A DNA stretch of 64,000 nucleotides, taken from the NCBI GenBank assembly GCA_030704615.1, contig CM060733.1:5394001-5458000 (forward strand), in the 5' to 3' direction. The translations under genes were made by a program, and so were the position numbers. Positions 46,201 to 60,450 of the stretch are shown here, piece after piece; the first letter of the stretch is position 1; every line of letters starts with the position of its first letter. Under the pieces are notes generated by a model. That model was not told the DNA's origin. It saw nothing but the letters and a program-made list of their open reading frames with translations, and searched no databases. Source of the DNA: Takakia lepidozioides. Lineage: Eukaryota > Plantae > Bryophyta.

Positions 46201-49200
46201 GATGGAAGAGGACAGTGAGTATGAGAGAGATAACTCCACTGGTTTGGCTGGACTCTGTGTGACTCTCTGATTGCTGACCCTGTGTGGGTCGGCACTTCTT
46301 GGCTTGCCAAAGTTGTGTTTGAGGTTTTTGGTTATAAAATTTGTTCCAGGGTGTTTCCCCTTTTCCGTGCCAAGAAAATAAAAAGACTCTAAGGGAGAGA
46401 CCCTCACAGCCTTGCACAGGGAGGCCTCATAACAATTGAGGGCAGTGTCGCAACCGTCTGAATTAGGGTTAGCTGAAAAGACAAACCAAGAAGCCAACAA
46501 CTGCTGCCATGGCTACATGCTCCCTTACACTCCAATGGGTAATCATCCCAAGATGAAGTGGAACTGCAGATGACCCAATTGCACACACAGGGTCTCCAAA
46601 GCCAGTATCACAGCAAACCTCCCAAGAGTGGCCAACTTCTACCCACCCCAGCCCTTGACAGAGTCTTGGAACCAGACATTTGAGCACAGGTATCACAGAT
46701 ACACAATCCCAAAACAATCTCAGAGTGTGACTTGGATTGCTGTTCCACTATTGGAAAGCTGGTGGCTTGTACCGAGCCATGGTGTGCTCCTCTTTCTCAG
46801 AAACTGAACTTCAGGCCTAGTTAGTTTCTTTATCTTGACCCCTCCTCCATCAGGCCTCAGACAGATATACAGACCCCAACAGCTTTTGAAAGGTCCAGCA
46901 ACAGGTATCCTGAACAAATTGAGATTTCCTCCAACGTCTTTCCATGTCAAGACAGTTTGCGACTATTGGAAAATGCAACTCCAATCATCCAGACTAAATC
47001 CCATGAGGTATCTTGACTATTGTCAAAGAAGCAGAGTATCCAGGCTGCTCTTTTGAAAGTTCGATGCTCAATTGGAAACTGGATCTTGTGTGTGGTGATG
47101 GCAATATGAAGAGCACAATAAGTAACTCAACTCCACTTTGTGAGGAGCCCCGGAGGCAAACCTTTAGAACCCCTAGAAGATTCAGAGACAGTCCTCAAAA
47201 AACCAATCCTCCTCCCAAAATCCCCACAATCTATCCTGAAGAGATCCCAGAGAGTCCTAACCGTACTCAGCTAGGAAGGAGCGCCTGGAAGGCCTCCAGG
47301 GTCTCACTACAGGGGATGGCCAAAGCAGCCGCACTTCCCTCCCCAAACGAGAAAGGGCGGGCTACCTTGTTAGCACGTTTGCTTTTGTCGCCAACCAACA
47401 GGTGCCGCAGTCTGAGGTGCTCCCTGTGTGTGTCGCCCAAGCTATCAAGGTTCGCCACATCCCCCTTCTCTATCGACGTAGCCCGCCGGTCTCGCAAGGT
47501 TTCCCGTTTCGATGGCCCATTTACAGTCTGCGGAAAAAGGAGAAAAATGGTTTTGTCTTTTTGAGGCCACCCAAAACCGAAAGTCTGAAACCTTCCATAA
47601 ACACCGAAAACCCCCCACCTAAGCCAAACTGTGAAGGCCATGGTCTTCTATGAGAAGACAGTTGTTTGGAGCCCTCTCCAACATAAGTATGTTGTAAACA
47701 CGTGTGAAAGCGGGCAGACCACATTCACAGCAAATATGTACTACTACTAGTTATGGCACGGCTGGCATTCGCACATCTGCCGGTTGGCATTGTGACATGG
47801 TGGCTGCAGCAAGACCCAGTCTTTGCTGGAACCAGGCAACATCACTTCTGAGGTGGACAATACCAGGAAGAAGCAAAAAACCTTAACCTCTTCGGTACAA
47901 TCACATAAAGCCAACACCCCATTCTCTACCTTGGTGCTCTCAGTGAGTTTGTTCAAGTGACCCAACTGCACCAAACTGATTTTTGGCAAGCCCAACAAGT
48001 ATAGTTTAAAATAGATCATCGCCTCAGTCAAAAGCTGACGAAAGAGTGATGCAGTGGACAATTAAGTTGTGACCAAAATACCAATTCCCAAACACAAAAT
48101 TCACCAATGATTCCTTACAAGTGGGCATACCTTTGCAGAATCTGCTGACGATGGGCGACTGCTTTTATTTTCTGCTTCCCCTGCAGAAGCCAGCATCCTA
48201 CATTCAAGTACTTGGACTTATGCATGACCTAAACAGCGCAGTCGACCTCTGCATCTACTCAACAATTCCCTCTCTGTGCTTGTAGCTAAAAAGCTAAAGA
48301 GAAGAGAAGAGAAGAAGCGTCAGTCAACTGTCATTTAGCAGAGTATAATCCATTTACATTGACTAACTGTTCACGCCATAAGCCCGTGCCAAGTTTAGAT
48401 CATGAGGAAAGAAAGGCTAAGGAGGGAGAGAACATTGCAGTGGTTGAACACTCCCTGCAAATGTTGGTTCAGATACTAGCAAAGACCCTGTGCAATATCA
48501 ACCCTCCTTTCACCATGTTGTGGTGATTTTACCAATCCTGCTATGCGAACTCAGCCCTTAGAGCATCTCCACCGGGGGTACACCAAACAAGCCTGCAACG
48601 GTAACCTCCGGCGGCCTCCAACACTCGCCTCCCCCACCGGCAACCCCATCAAACTACCCTGCACAGGTCATTTTTGCTGACCTGCCTTGCTACGGAGGGC
48701 CCACTTGGCAGACACAGCCTTACCCTCACGCCATAAATGCAAGACTGCATGCTTTTTATTCTCTCCAGCAGGTACCGGCCGGGCTTAGCTGCACGGTATC
48801 CTGCACCAAAGTACGGGCCCCCGGGGTGCGGATACCAGGGACGGGGGCTCCATTGCCGTTGCAGGGGCATTTAAGGACCCCCGGTGGAGATGCTCTTAGT
48901 CACCGAAGTGCTCATGCACAGCCACGGAGAGACAGAGACCAAGACACAGAGAGTTCGTGAACTCACAGAAGCCCTAGAGCTCCAAAACTTGTTCAACTCA
49001 AAAGATTGTGGCAAAATGCAGTACCTGCAATGGGCGTGCTGGCATTGCTGTCGCTAGGGCTAGTAGAAGGACCACCCCCAAACGTTTCATCATTGCGGTC
49101 ATCAATGTGGCCATCCTCATCATCCTCACCAATATCCACTTTCTCCCGGAGTACAGACGAAAATCTACTTTCCTCATCCATTGCTTCCACCTCGGGGCCC

Positions 49201-52021
49201 AATCGCATGCCGCGCTCCTGGAAAGGAGTGCAAAACTATCACGTGAACCTTGCGTCTTGTCTTCAGACCTCCTCAAAGCTGATTTCATTAGTGTCATCTA
49301 ACATGCAACAGCTGACCACAAATCCATGAAAGCAAGCTGAGGTGCACCTTCAGCCAGGTGGACTGGTCTCTCGGCTAGAGCCCATCAAGAATTCACAGGG
49401 AGTTGATCCAGCGAGATGGGCATATTGAGGACTGGAGGGTGGCAAGGGCCCCTGCAAAGCCAAAACATGTCTTGTTGAAGACACCTACCTCAGCAAGATG
49501 GAGATTCCGTGTGGTTTGGCCCTCAATTTCACGCGCAATTCTCAAGGCCTCCCGTTCCCTCTCGCGCATCTGGGGTCCCCTCTCCAGCTTGGTGGTATAT
49601 ATCTCCTCATTAAATGTGCTCTCCACACCAAACAAGGCCTTGTTTGTCTCAAACTGATCCCAACTTCTAGCCATACTTAAGATGTTAGTCGCCTTATAAA
49701 GCTTACACATACCCTCAAGCTGTAATGTGCATTTTTGTCCCATCATTCCCGACAATATTTCATATCTGGTTCCATGTTGGAAAAAGGACCTGGAGATATC
49801 TTTAAATGAAATGCAGTACAAAACCACTGCATCTCTGGCCATTCTTTAGTACCACTTTTTCTTACCTGTTCCAATTCTTGTGGAAATCGATCTGTAGATT
49901 TTTAGGGGCTTCATCATCAGGCTTCCATGGCTTGAGCTCCCGTTCCAAATCGCGATGTCGGCCTTGTGACAAGACCCCATCTGTTACTATTTCAGCTCGG
50001 TTTTCTCGGGCACGCCCATTAGGTAGTGCATCTCCACTCAAGGATACATCCTGCAGCATAAATCCAGGCCAAACACATAAACATGCCACACACAGCTCGA
50101 GAGATGTATAGCTCCATAGAGGTTCTAGTGACGATATAACTTATAAGCCTATGGATACTGTCGATCAGTACACGTTACAGGAAGTGCTCCCTTGAGTAGA
50201 AGGGCTGCCAAAAAGTCAACCCATCAGGCGCTATCTTTTTTCGAGGAGTGACGTCTATGGATGTCACCTCAATGATGAACTGGCTGGAAACAGATAAGAA
50301 GAAGGAAATTCCAACAAACCTTAGCAATAATCTGTACAAATTCTCTGCCATGGATGACAAAGGTCTTCACAGGGGGTTTTCTAGCAGCCTCTTTCACTGC
50401 CTCACTTTTCCCCCCTTTCACAGATCCATCCTTGATGAGCCTTGCCATCTTCAATATTATTCCTGATACCAAGTATCACAACTGTTGCTGTCAGTACGAA
50501 CATATTCAGAACATAACTCCTTAAAACCGTTATGTCTAAAGCAGATGTTAAACCAACAGATGGATCCCTCACATACAACTGTCTTGCATATCAGTGGAGC
50601 CTTGTTCCTCTCTGTTTCCTCCGCAAACTGCACTGTAGCTAAGGTTTTGATAGTGAGAAACTGAACAAACTAACGAATGTTGACATCCACGAGAAATTCA
50701 GGACACAGAAGGTATGAGTTACCAAAATCTTTGTCAATGTTGGCAGCATGGAAGATGCCAGAAAACACTGAGCCATTCTTGGTCTGAACTTCAACTTGTT
50801 GACCTATAAGGCAAGTGTACACGAACAAAAGGCGGTCGTGCATCTGCCTGTCTACTCCTGATGGGAGAAAAACATTGACTGCATCAGAAGTGTCACAAAC
50901 CTGGGAAACACAAGTTGTATCCTAAAAAATTGGCAGATATTGCACAGAAATTGCAAAGCCTTACATAATAATATATATCTCCAAGTGATCTGATTCAGGT
51001 CCTCTATACCAGGATAGATGAAGCGTTTTTCTAACGAAGACATAACCAGCCAATGATCTTATTACCTGTTTCATCTCCAAAAAATCTATAGGAGCATGCC
51101 TTCTTCCGGACCATCCATGTTCCTTTGAATGCCTTCAGTTGTGCTTCTATTGACTGAGTACGTTTGACAATCTGACAAAAAGTTTTAACTAAAAGGCACT
51201 GTGCCCCCTTAATAAGGTAGTTTATCTCCCCACCCTAAAAAGGTCATGGACTAGATTCCATTGCATTCCTTAGACATAGACTTTATTTTATCTACTACAA
51301 CATGGGACCTCTGAGCAGGGGCCCAGCTGCATCTCCCGGAAGGCTGCATTAACATACAGCCAAAGGAGGCCAGCTCACTCCCAGCCTTATTCCTCTAAAT
51401 AAGGTACAATATTTTGTTCCGCATATGAAGACTGCCCACTGTAATAAGCAATCATTCCCTACAACCCATTTACAACAAGTTCTCTTGAACTTGCCTAACT
51501 CCATTTGATGTCCCTCAGGGGTTTTATCTCGAGCGTTCCCAGACATCAAATGCTGCATTCACAGAATATGAACACATGCCCAGATTGTAATTATTCCAAT
51601 TATTCCACCAGAGCCGAATGCTCAACGCTGAGTGCAACGACATCAAGCAAAAAAGTACTTCAATCTTGTATTGAGATAAGAAATGCCTAATATGACTGAT
51701 CTTGCCCCACAAGCGAAATTGGCTAAGCAAACCCTCACACCAGGACACCCACTGACCTGTACTGCCACCCCCCAGAGCAACCACAGTCTCCACTCTCTCT
51801 CCCACAGGCCTGGGGTCGCCGCTGTTAGTACTATTCAAATGATTGTAGTGGCTACCCTGGACCGAGGTATTGGGACCTGGTCTTGCTGACTGGGAAGACC
51901 TCCAATTTTGCGTATCAGAGCGAAAGACTCCCTCTAATCGATTACTCCCATCCTTGTCATTTCGCCTACGACCAACACCATTTGCAGCAGATGGCCGCTG
52001 CTGGACCTGCTGCTGACTCAT
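40279..52021 (-). CDS. Ataxin-2 family PABP-interacting protein (CID3/CID4-like), multi-exon
   Basis: SM-ATX exon HDRLLFVYTCLIGQQVEVQTKNGSVFSGIFHA (~50723-50858); LsmAD exon WDQFETNKALFGVESTFNEEIYTTKL...IAREIE (~49489-49667); tandem PAM2 KSTLNPNAK|EFKLNPNAKSFTP; P/Q-rich tail. Some small exons not resolved. Confidence 0.93.
48561..48895. mobile_element. Tourist-like (PIF/Harbinger) MITE in intron
   Basis: Perfect 19-bp TIR GAGCATCTCCACCGGGGGT and TTA target-site duplication (48558-60, 48896-98). Confidence 0.95.
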
Positions 52022-55000
52022 TGCACGCTGGATTCCTTTGGCTGCCCACCTGGCAAGCCAGCTGGTGCTGGTGCAGCCTTCCGCCGCCCTTCCCTTACCC
52101 TGTGAAGCAGTCAATGTATGCTTTATATTGAATTTATCAAACCTACGCCCCAACAGATCCATGCGATACAATTCAAAGAAAACCAGAACTTGCTTTGAAA
52201 CTGCTGGCCATCACCTTCCCTATTCAAAAACAGGTTCAGTGGTGGATGCTACAACCACATAAGTGTTCGCACTATGAACATCGAGCTTCCCTTGCTCCCT
52301 TCCAGTGAGATGAGCCACTCCTTTGACAAAGGAAAGAGAGGCTCAGGCAGAAGCATCAGCAGATTACATTGCATAGCCACATGCGGCTGGAACTGGGATG
52401 GTGAAAGAAGGGCTTTCCAAATAGATTTCCAAACATCAATTCCGTGACTCTGGTTCAATCAGTAAGTTAAAGACACATGCTCATGGAATAGAAATTATCA
52501 AGAGCCACAAATAAACAATATCCCCAGTATTCTACTGAATAGGCTCTCTGAACATGTCTCTTCTCACAGTCTGAGAAGCTCTGTACGTCACCAGATTACA
52601 CACCTAGATACCTATGACGAGATTCCTGTGGGTACCATAGTGATTGATCAGGAACAGTCAGCGAGGAATACTTCCGTTGGCTATAGAAAGCCAAATGTGC
52701 TCAGCACTGATCAGGAATGTACCTAGACCTTTGCAAATATAAGCAGGTGCCGAACTTGAGCCAGATAATTAGGTTACAATACACTGTGCCTTAGATCTGA
52801 AGTTCAAGGAAATACAGATGTGACCTCCGACCTACCCTGAAGGAAACAAAAACTTGGCACGGCATTCAACTCGAAGGTGTCCACGCATGTAGGAGGCCGC
52901 ACAGATGATGCATTCTGATGATTCACTGACTATATCCAATCTGTTGCAATGTTTTTCTATTCGTGTACTTCGCCACTCTCAGTACTTAAATAACCATAGC
53001 ACGCTACCCTACACAAAAATGCATCAGGAGGAATTACCTTGCATGCGGACTAATCAAGTGTGTCGGCAGCAACGCTTGAATGCGGCAGCAATTGTCAGAA
53101 TGGAGCCGAATTTCGTGAGCGAGAGATGGATGGATAACGAGATTAATGCCTATTAAAATATATCCAAGACGCAGCAGGAGAAGAAAGTGGAGGAGGCTGA
53201 GAGGGACGAGAGAGGGAGAAGGAGATATTCTTAGGGTTGGATCAAACCCCTCTTCCAATGTAGGAGACAGAGACCAGGGATCCACCAGAAACAAGCTACG
53301 AAGACGAAAAAAAGGGATACGGAGAGAGAAGGGAGCGGGCGGGCACAGAGACAAATGCCACGCTCAACACAGTCACATTAATGCATTAGGGCAGAAATGC
53401 AAAAGGGCAGGAACAGAGAGAGGAGGAGAAAGTGGAAAAGAGGAATAAGGGGGTAGGAGTAGGAGAAGGAGAGGAGGTGTAAAGAAATGAAAAACCCCTG
53501 GACAGTAAGGGGAAGATCCGTAGTAGAAAGTGCCAAGGAGATGGCGGGAGGAGAAAACGAAAAGAGTCGTGTGTCACGGAAGATGAGAAAGGAAGACGAC
53601 GATGCTCGCCTCCCGTATTCCCGACGTCATGACCGTCTGCCGTCGGTCGTCCGGTTCCTACCTTCCGGACCCGACCGGTTGAAATACATCTCAGCCCCTG
53701 GAGCAGCTCCGATGGACGGTCCGATATAATCAAGTGCTGAATTTTGAATCCGTTAGATTATAGAATACCGACGGTATGTATTAGTATATTCATTGTAATA
53801 ATGGACGTCAAATGACTCATTGTAATTTTTTAGCCGTTCGATGGAACTGCGTTGAACGGCAAGATCTGGAAGAAGAAAAATCTGGTTTTAACTTGTTTTA
53901 TTTTAAATATTATGCATCTAATTGTTTTTCTTAAAAAAGACATAATATGCCAAGTCAGCAAGACTCAGAGCGCAGTGCGAGGTGACCAGCGACGACTTGA
54001 TATTATTTGGAAAGACATCGAGAAACCAGATTCCATGCACCCCACGTGGGCTTTGGATCTAATATTCCTGCTCGATTTGAAGGCTGTAGCTCTTGAGTTT
54101 TGTGACCAGGAATCGAGTGGCATGATCTGCAACAGAAGAAAGATGCAAGATGGAGATGGTGCAAGTGCTTTCACATTTATGATATGTACATTTTGAAGTG
54201 ATTTAGATTTACAGGGCAGTTTGATGTGTTTTACAATAAGAGTAGACTTGTCTAGGGTTGCTGATTCTGAGTAGTTCTTTTCCTTCACGTTTGCCTGTCC
54301 AGGAATAGTGTCAGTGAGCTTAGCTCCTTGCAGATCATTGTGTCTAGCACAACGTGAGCCCCGCTCCGTTACAAGTCCATTTTCCCAACTCTTTTTGTGG
54401 AAATCCAGGGCTCTGCATCACATATACTGCCCATGGCCAAAGACCAGTGCCAATCTTGTGCACCGTCAGCTTTCAACCATCACCAACATTGAAGTGTAAC
54501 TAAGATCACCAAAGATATCGTGCCTCCCGTGGTGCTTGGTTACTACTAGTGCTTTTCTGGTCCTTATTGGCTCACTAACTAGTAGTGACGGTCACTCGGT
54601 GGCAGGAAAAACAAACTGTAGCAGCTGGAACTTGGTCGGGCCGTAAGATTAGTGGCGCGATGATGAGATCGTTGGCTCCGGGGGCCCTGGGAACCTGTGT
54701 ACAAAGCGGTCATGCCACCATCAGGAGCCATAGTTGCTGTCAAGACAATAATCTCGCTAAATTAGAAAGCCAAAAGGGTGGGCACTCATCTTTCCTCACA
54801 GAAATCAAGACACGGCAATAGGAGGCTACTCGTTTATATGAATTCTAACGGGACTGTTGCCCGGTGGAAGACATCCTGTGCATTTTCCCGTGGGTCATGA
54901 GTTCAAACCCCTGTGGTGCTGTCTCTGTCTGCCTTCTGGCTCTGGCTTGTGCTCTGTCTCTGTTTGCTGTTTATTCCCTCATCAAGGCCCATTGTTTGCT

Positions 55001-55831
55001 TACGTTCACTGGACGTTAAAGAAAACTTATCTTTTATCTTATCTCTCACTGATTTTTACGCTGTCAGAGGGTGAAACTGGACGTTTTACCGCAGGTGCAA
55101 AGGGCCACGCGGGAGCAGAGAAGAAAGCAGCGTGTTGGCTCTTCCCTGGTCGGGAGAATTTTTGCAGAATATGTGAACGTCATTGAGAAGGATACCTAGT
55201 AGAAATTGTGGTGGAGAAGCGGAGACAGCGAAAGGATTCTTGAAGGAGGAAGAGCGGGCGTTCTGTGGAGAGTTTTTGAGGCGGTCTAAGTATTTCCGTA
55301 ACTGAAGGAAGTGGCGAGACCAAAAAAATCGGTGGTTTAGTTTCGTTCTTCTAACCTTCAATCGACGAAGCTGGGAGCAATTTTACATAATCCCTCAACA
55401 TTGAAAGGGATACTAGGAAGGTGAAGAGAAGTGGAGAGAGCGAAGGAGGCGGGGAGAGGGGCCTATTCGCCAGCATCTTGAAGTGGAAGAGCTGGTTTTG
55501 TCCCGAGAAATTTCTTTCTTCCAGGGACAATCCAAGTGTTACCGTGACTCAAGGAAGCGAAGAAAATTCGGTTGCTTAGTATCTGATAGCAATTGTTGGA
55601 AGGCGGAAAGAGAGAGAGAGAATGAAATGAAATGAAATGGTGCTTTATAACGTCCGCGGAGAGAGAGAGAGAGTGAGGTCCATTTTTACCTCAATTTGAT
55701 CCCCTGTCTGCAGGGAGCAAACTGCCAAGCACCTTGCTCGGGATTTTATTAAATTACTTTCTGGCACTCGCATTTTAACGCTGCGTTGTGGAGACAATTG
55801 TTTCGATAGACGACTGGACCGGGCAGAAAGA

Positions 55832-56050
55832 ATGGCTGACATCACGAATGCAAGTGAGTATCAAAAATCTTTGATTCATGACGAGGAGCGAGCAGCGCCT
55901 CTCGAGCAGGACACTGTGAAACCGATGACTTGGGAAGAATATTGGGAGTGGGTGAAGGCGGAGACGAAGTGCTACTCCAAGTACATCTGTCCTGTCCTAC
56001 TCGTCAACGCTTGTCTCGTTGTCCTAATCGTTCTCTACTTGCTCCGATAA
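55832..56050 (+). CDS. 72-aa small protein with C-terminal transmembrane helix, unknown function
   Basis: Start context agaATGG. Acidic N-terminus, WEEYWEW, hydrophobic C-terminus ICPVLLVNACLVVLIVLYLLR. GA/CT-rich leader-like upstream sequence. Confidence 0.55.
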   Translation: MADITNASEYQKSLIHDEERAAPLEQDTVKPMTWEEYWEWVKAETKCYSKYICPVLLVNACLVVLIVLYLLR

Positions 56051-58324
56051 TTGTAATTTGTGTTTCAGTTCATTATTGTTTTCTGAATTCTCCTCATTGC
56101 AGCCATCAGAAGCTGCATCCCTTCCCTTGTTAATCATGAGTGCACCGATCCGAGGTACATCTAGTCATATTTAGAAGCAAGTTCGTTCATAGCATGGCTG
56201 AGAATGAACCGAGCACACATTGTGGTGCGACAGTAATTTCGTCAGAATTGACAATCACTTGCCGTTTTATATCTTTAGTGGAAACTTTATCAGATTGTCT
56301 GTGCAACTCTGGCATGCTTTATGTTTTCACTTGCATCCCTTCAAATTTTAGAGCCGCATTATCAAGTATCAGATGTGTTAGGATTCCAAGCTTTCAAATT
56401 TTCCATATATGGAAAAAATGTCAGAGTGCAACCCCTGACATTTTGATTTACAATTGTATGACCTCTGAATGGTTGAGATCCTCAGTAATAGCAGAGGTAG
56501 TTGTTATTTCTGCATCACTCAGGATTGGTTGGTGAGTAGAAGAGCCTGTGTCTGTTTCCACGTCTGGAAGGCTTGTTGCTATAAATACTCAAGCTCCCTG
56601 TCACCTGTACCCGAGGTACGAGCTCAGGTTGCCAGCTCACAGCATCCACGAAACACAGGTTTCCAGGTTTCTTAGCTGTGGTGATTTGGGATTCTCAGGA
56701 TTGAAGGAAGGTTAAAGGTGGATTTGACCATTTGACCAGATTTACTGCGATGAATGCTTCTTCATCTTGCCCACATTGACCTATTTGTTTTGAAGGTGTG
56801 CCACTCAGTGGTAACCATTTGCAAATCATTCCACCAGTTATATGGAATGGAAGATGACATTCTCTTTTATGGAATGAGGTATGTTGCTTCAACACACATT
56901 GACAGGAGGAAATGCACGTAGTGCACACCAGCACAGCTATTACAATCTCGACCAAAACGCCTCAAGCAGAAGTCAGTAAGGAACTTGTCAGGTACCTCCA
57001 GCAAGCAAATTCGAACATGAACAGTGCAGGCTACAGTAGAAAATAAACAACCCATGATTTTTAGTGAGCAAATTTGAATGTTGTGTGTTGTCCCTGTGGG
57101 GTACCTACAAGTGTCAATGGATACATGTATCCAATGACTTGACCCTTAAAGAGTAATGCCATTGCCCTGGACTCCAAACTCCTGTGTGAACAATCCCTCC
57201 GCCATTTACCAGATGCAGCCCTCTGAAGACACAAAATTAGTTCATACTGAATTGCCACCTTTAGATTTGGTAAACCTACCTCTTCCAGACAGTAACCGAT
57301 GCCCTGTCTTCAGGATGTCTTTTTCTGCAGAAATGCAGGTCACCTACTCAATATTCCAGTAGTCCATGGGCTGCATCATCATTTTCCAGGAAGTGTGGAA
57401 CAAGAAAAGACCAAATCTCAAGGTGGTTTTAAAAAAACGTAGCTGCTTCAGTGTTCTTACTTTGGCAGGGTTAGCTGCCAGGTTGAGTGTGAGGTGCGGC
57501 ACCATGGGCCCAATGGTCACATCAAACAGGACTTCCTCTACTTTCTTGAGATCATACATATAAACCTGGACTAGGCCAGAGGTGTCCAGAACATTAGGAC
57601 CTATCTCATGCATCCCTCTTACTCAACAACTGGGATGATGCTTGTTAGCAGAAGGACACTTAAAGCAAAACTTGCAGATTGCAAAACAAGTCCATCAAAG
57701 GGAACAAACATCGATATCAAGCAATTTGAGCCCATCAAAGGTCAGCTCAGATGCATCTGTATCAAGCACATACCATGCCAGTACTCATCAACACTATACA
57801 TGAAGCAGCATTGAACACCCGGGCCTCTTTTATCACTTGTCATGAGGGCATGAGTTTGTATGGATGTGCGTATTTCATTACAGTTGCAGTTTCACAGCTT
57901 GCCTCCTCTGAATGACCAGCTTGAGAATACACAGCAGATTAATAGAAGGGCTTTCCAATCAGGACTGACTATTTAGGTGTGTTGTAGTCTATCTAGACCT
58001 TCAAATGCCTCTTCAAAAAGTCAGTGCATTTGAACACTGGAACCAATATTACACAACGTAGCCCAGGTCTGTAGTGAACGGAGAGATTGCTGGCTTTTAC
58101 AATTGCCCCAAAAAGGCGTCGGTGTTCTTGGGTAATTTCTTCTACCTTCTGAATGTGCGTAATGATCACCTGGGTCGGTGTTTGTTCTCGCCTTCGATGA
58201 GTTGGCCAACTTTTTCTTGCAGAATTGAGAGTATGCTACATCACTCTCTTCTCTTTTGCCAAACTGGTTCAATAAAGTGGTGAGCTGTTGATCTGAGCAA
58301 GCTGTGTATTTCTCATGTGTGCAG

Positions 58325-58567
58325 TTCCTCACTTTGAGAAAATGCTCTACGACCAGGCCCAACGAGTGAATGTGTATCTAGATGCATATGCTGTCGCTAA
58401 GGACACACAATATGCATATGTCGCACTTGATGTGCTCGACTACTTGCGCCGTGACATGACTCTACCCTGAGGCAGGCATATATTCTGCTGAAGATGCTGA
58501 TAGCGTAGAGGTCCCAAATGCTCCCCGGAAGAAAGAAGGGGCTTTTTATGTGTGGGCTCTGCAAGAG
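58325..58567 (+). pseudogene. SPATA20/thioredoxin-glycosidase-fold (YyaL) gene exon, frameshifted
   Basis: cag|(V)PHFEKMLYDQAQ...VLDYLRRDMT/fs/PEAGIYSAEDADS...KKEGAFYVW...|gt. Confidence 0.88.
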
Positions 58568-58849
58568 GTGTGTCCTCTCTCTCTTGGCACAAAAATTAAC
58601 CATGCATCATCAGAACAGAAACCGGCCTAACTTGCTGCTCAAAGATGCGTCATGAAGCTCAGCTGCAAGGATTTCTGTCTTCATAGCTCAAAGCTTTTAC
58701 CTCGAGCTGTGGACCTTTCTGTGGCTGTTACGGAGTTTCTTACTTTCTTTCTTCTCGCCCTGTTGGTCCATTACCCACCTGTCCTTACGGTGTGACATGC
58801 AGTGCACCATATGTCATGCAAGGTAGAGAGAACTGTGGAATCAAGGTCC

Positions 58850-59000
58850 AACGTGCCAGGAAACAGGGTAAACAGGAAATACATATGCTATGGACTTCAG
58901 GCGGCCACTATTCGCATCCTTAATGCAATCTCAGTACACCATGAGTACAATGCAATCTCAGTACACCGTGAGTACTACGCCCTCAGGGCATTGACCTGTC
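58850..59000 (+). pseudogene. VARICOSE/EDC4-like WD40 N-terminal fragment
   Basis: VNRKYICYGLQAATIRILNA...ALRAL resembles the recalled VCS/EDC4 motif VNxxYICYGLKxGxIRVLN. Contains a 27-bp tandem duplication. Confidence 0.55.
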
Positions 59001-59859
59001 ATCAAGCCAATGGAACACAAACTTCCTCGTACTCTTGAGCAGAGCCGCTGGAGACCTCTTGTGCTTCAATTGTACTGCGACTTCAAGAAATGATCCTGCC
59101 TTGAGTACCCCCAAGAGAGGCTGATCATCTTACCGAGGACCCACGCGATGTCTTTGCAGACCCCAATCTTGGCATCAATGCACACGAGGGGGGGCCTAGG
59201 AGGATGGAGTAAGTTAGAAGGCATGATTTGCCTGACCTTCCCACAACAGGGGCAGAGCTTACTTTAGCACTGACAGAGTTGCAAGATCGTGCCTATGGAA
59301 TAGGCATGGTTGGACAGCCTGATTTGGTAGCTTGTTACATACTACATTGGTATCTTTCTCGTTATTGTCATTTGGCAGTCACTAATCATGTCTACTTGGA
59401 TCAACTAGAGCTGATTGAGGACTCACCTATTAGTAGGCAAGCTCTACAGTTGCTGGTTCAAGTAGCTAGGACGTGATCAAGGACAAGATGCAAATGTTCC
59501 ATCATTCGATGAGAGAATTTCTCACAGTTGCTCTAGTTTCGATCGACTCTCTCCATCCTTGTTGCTGCAAAAGGAAAGTCTTCAGATAAAGGAAACCGCG
59601 GTTTTCCTTCTACAATGGGATTGACATGTAACCGTTGTCCAGGGCCAGACTCTTTCATTGAGATGACCTTCCCAACTTGCTGGTCATTCAGTAGATGGGA
59701 TATGTGGTGGGCACTGGCTGGATGAGACCCAGCAAGCTGGCTGTGCCAAGGGTGGAGTCAGTGAAACTTTTGGAGAACAAAACAAAAGTTTCTGTAAAAG
59801 CCCCTTGAAGATGGCACCACGTGGGGATCAAAACAAGACCCAAACCAATCAAGCACATA

Positions 59860-60450
59860 ATGCTCCTGTGAGGGTGCACTTGCAGTGGTGGCCTTTGCCA
59901 ATTGCTGGACCACCTGCTTCCCTGTCTTTCGTAGCAGGTCCTTTTTCGAGTCCCATACTTCTCGAACACGCCTGCTCATAACATTTGAGTGTCAATTTCA
60001 GATCCCCGAGTATGGCTTCATGGTGTGACGAGCAAGAGTCGGTGACATACTTCTTACACTATGCTTGCTGTTCCGGCCTGGTGGCCTGGATGGAAAACCA
60101 AGAGAATAAATTTCTGTACGAACAAGACTACTGCCACAACAGGACAAGAATGACCTCCAACTGTAGCCAATCAGCAATTCCCCTGAGAAATGAGCTGTTT
60201 CAATACAACCCAAAATGTGGGAGCCAATGTACAGCCCACATGGACTTCTGGGAAAGGCAACTAACTGTTAAACTGAGTCTGTTATGAAAGTACTTACTTA
60301 CTTTAAAACAGTTTTAAACCCAGGGCGACCATATTTGTCATCAGGAGGGAAGTACGTGCCACCCACAATTGGCTTCAGCTCTGGCGTGAGAAAGACACTC
60401 ATGGGCCAGCCTCCCCCTCCTTGTGAAGCTTGCACGTATGTCATGTACAC
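59860..60450 (-). pseudogene. SPATA20 N-terminal thioredoxin-domain exons (two)
   Basis: [49 protein letters not shown]|gt (60450-60302; acceptor reads CGG), then cag|RVREVWDSKKDLLRKTG (from 59971). Confidence 0.88.

Noticed and set aside
45280-47700. ORFs within the large ataxin-2-like intron
   Set aside because: Short, broken and without clear motifs. Likely degraded retroelement pieces that cannot be assigned.
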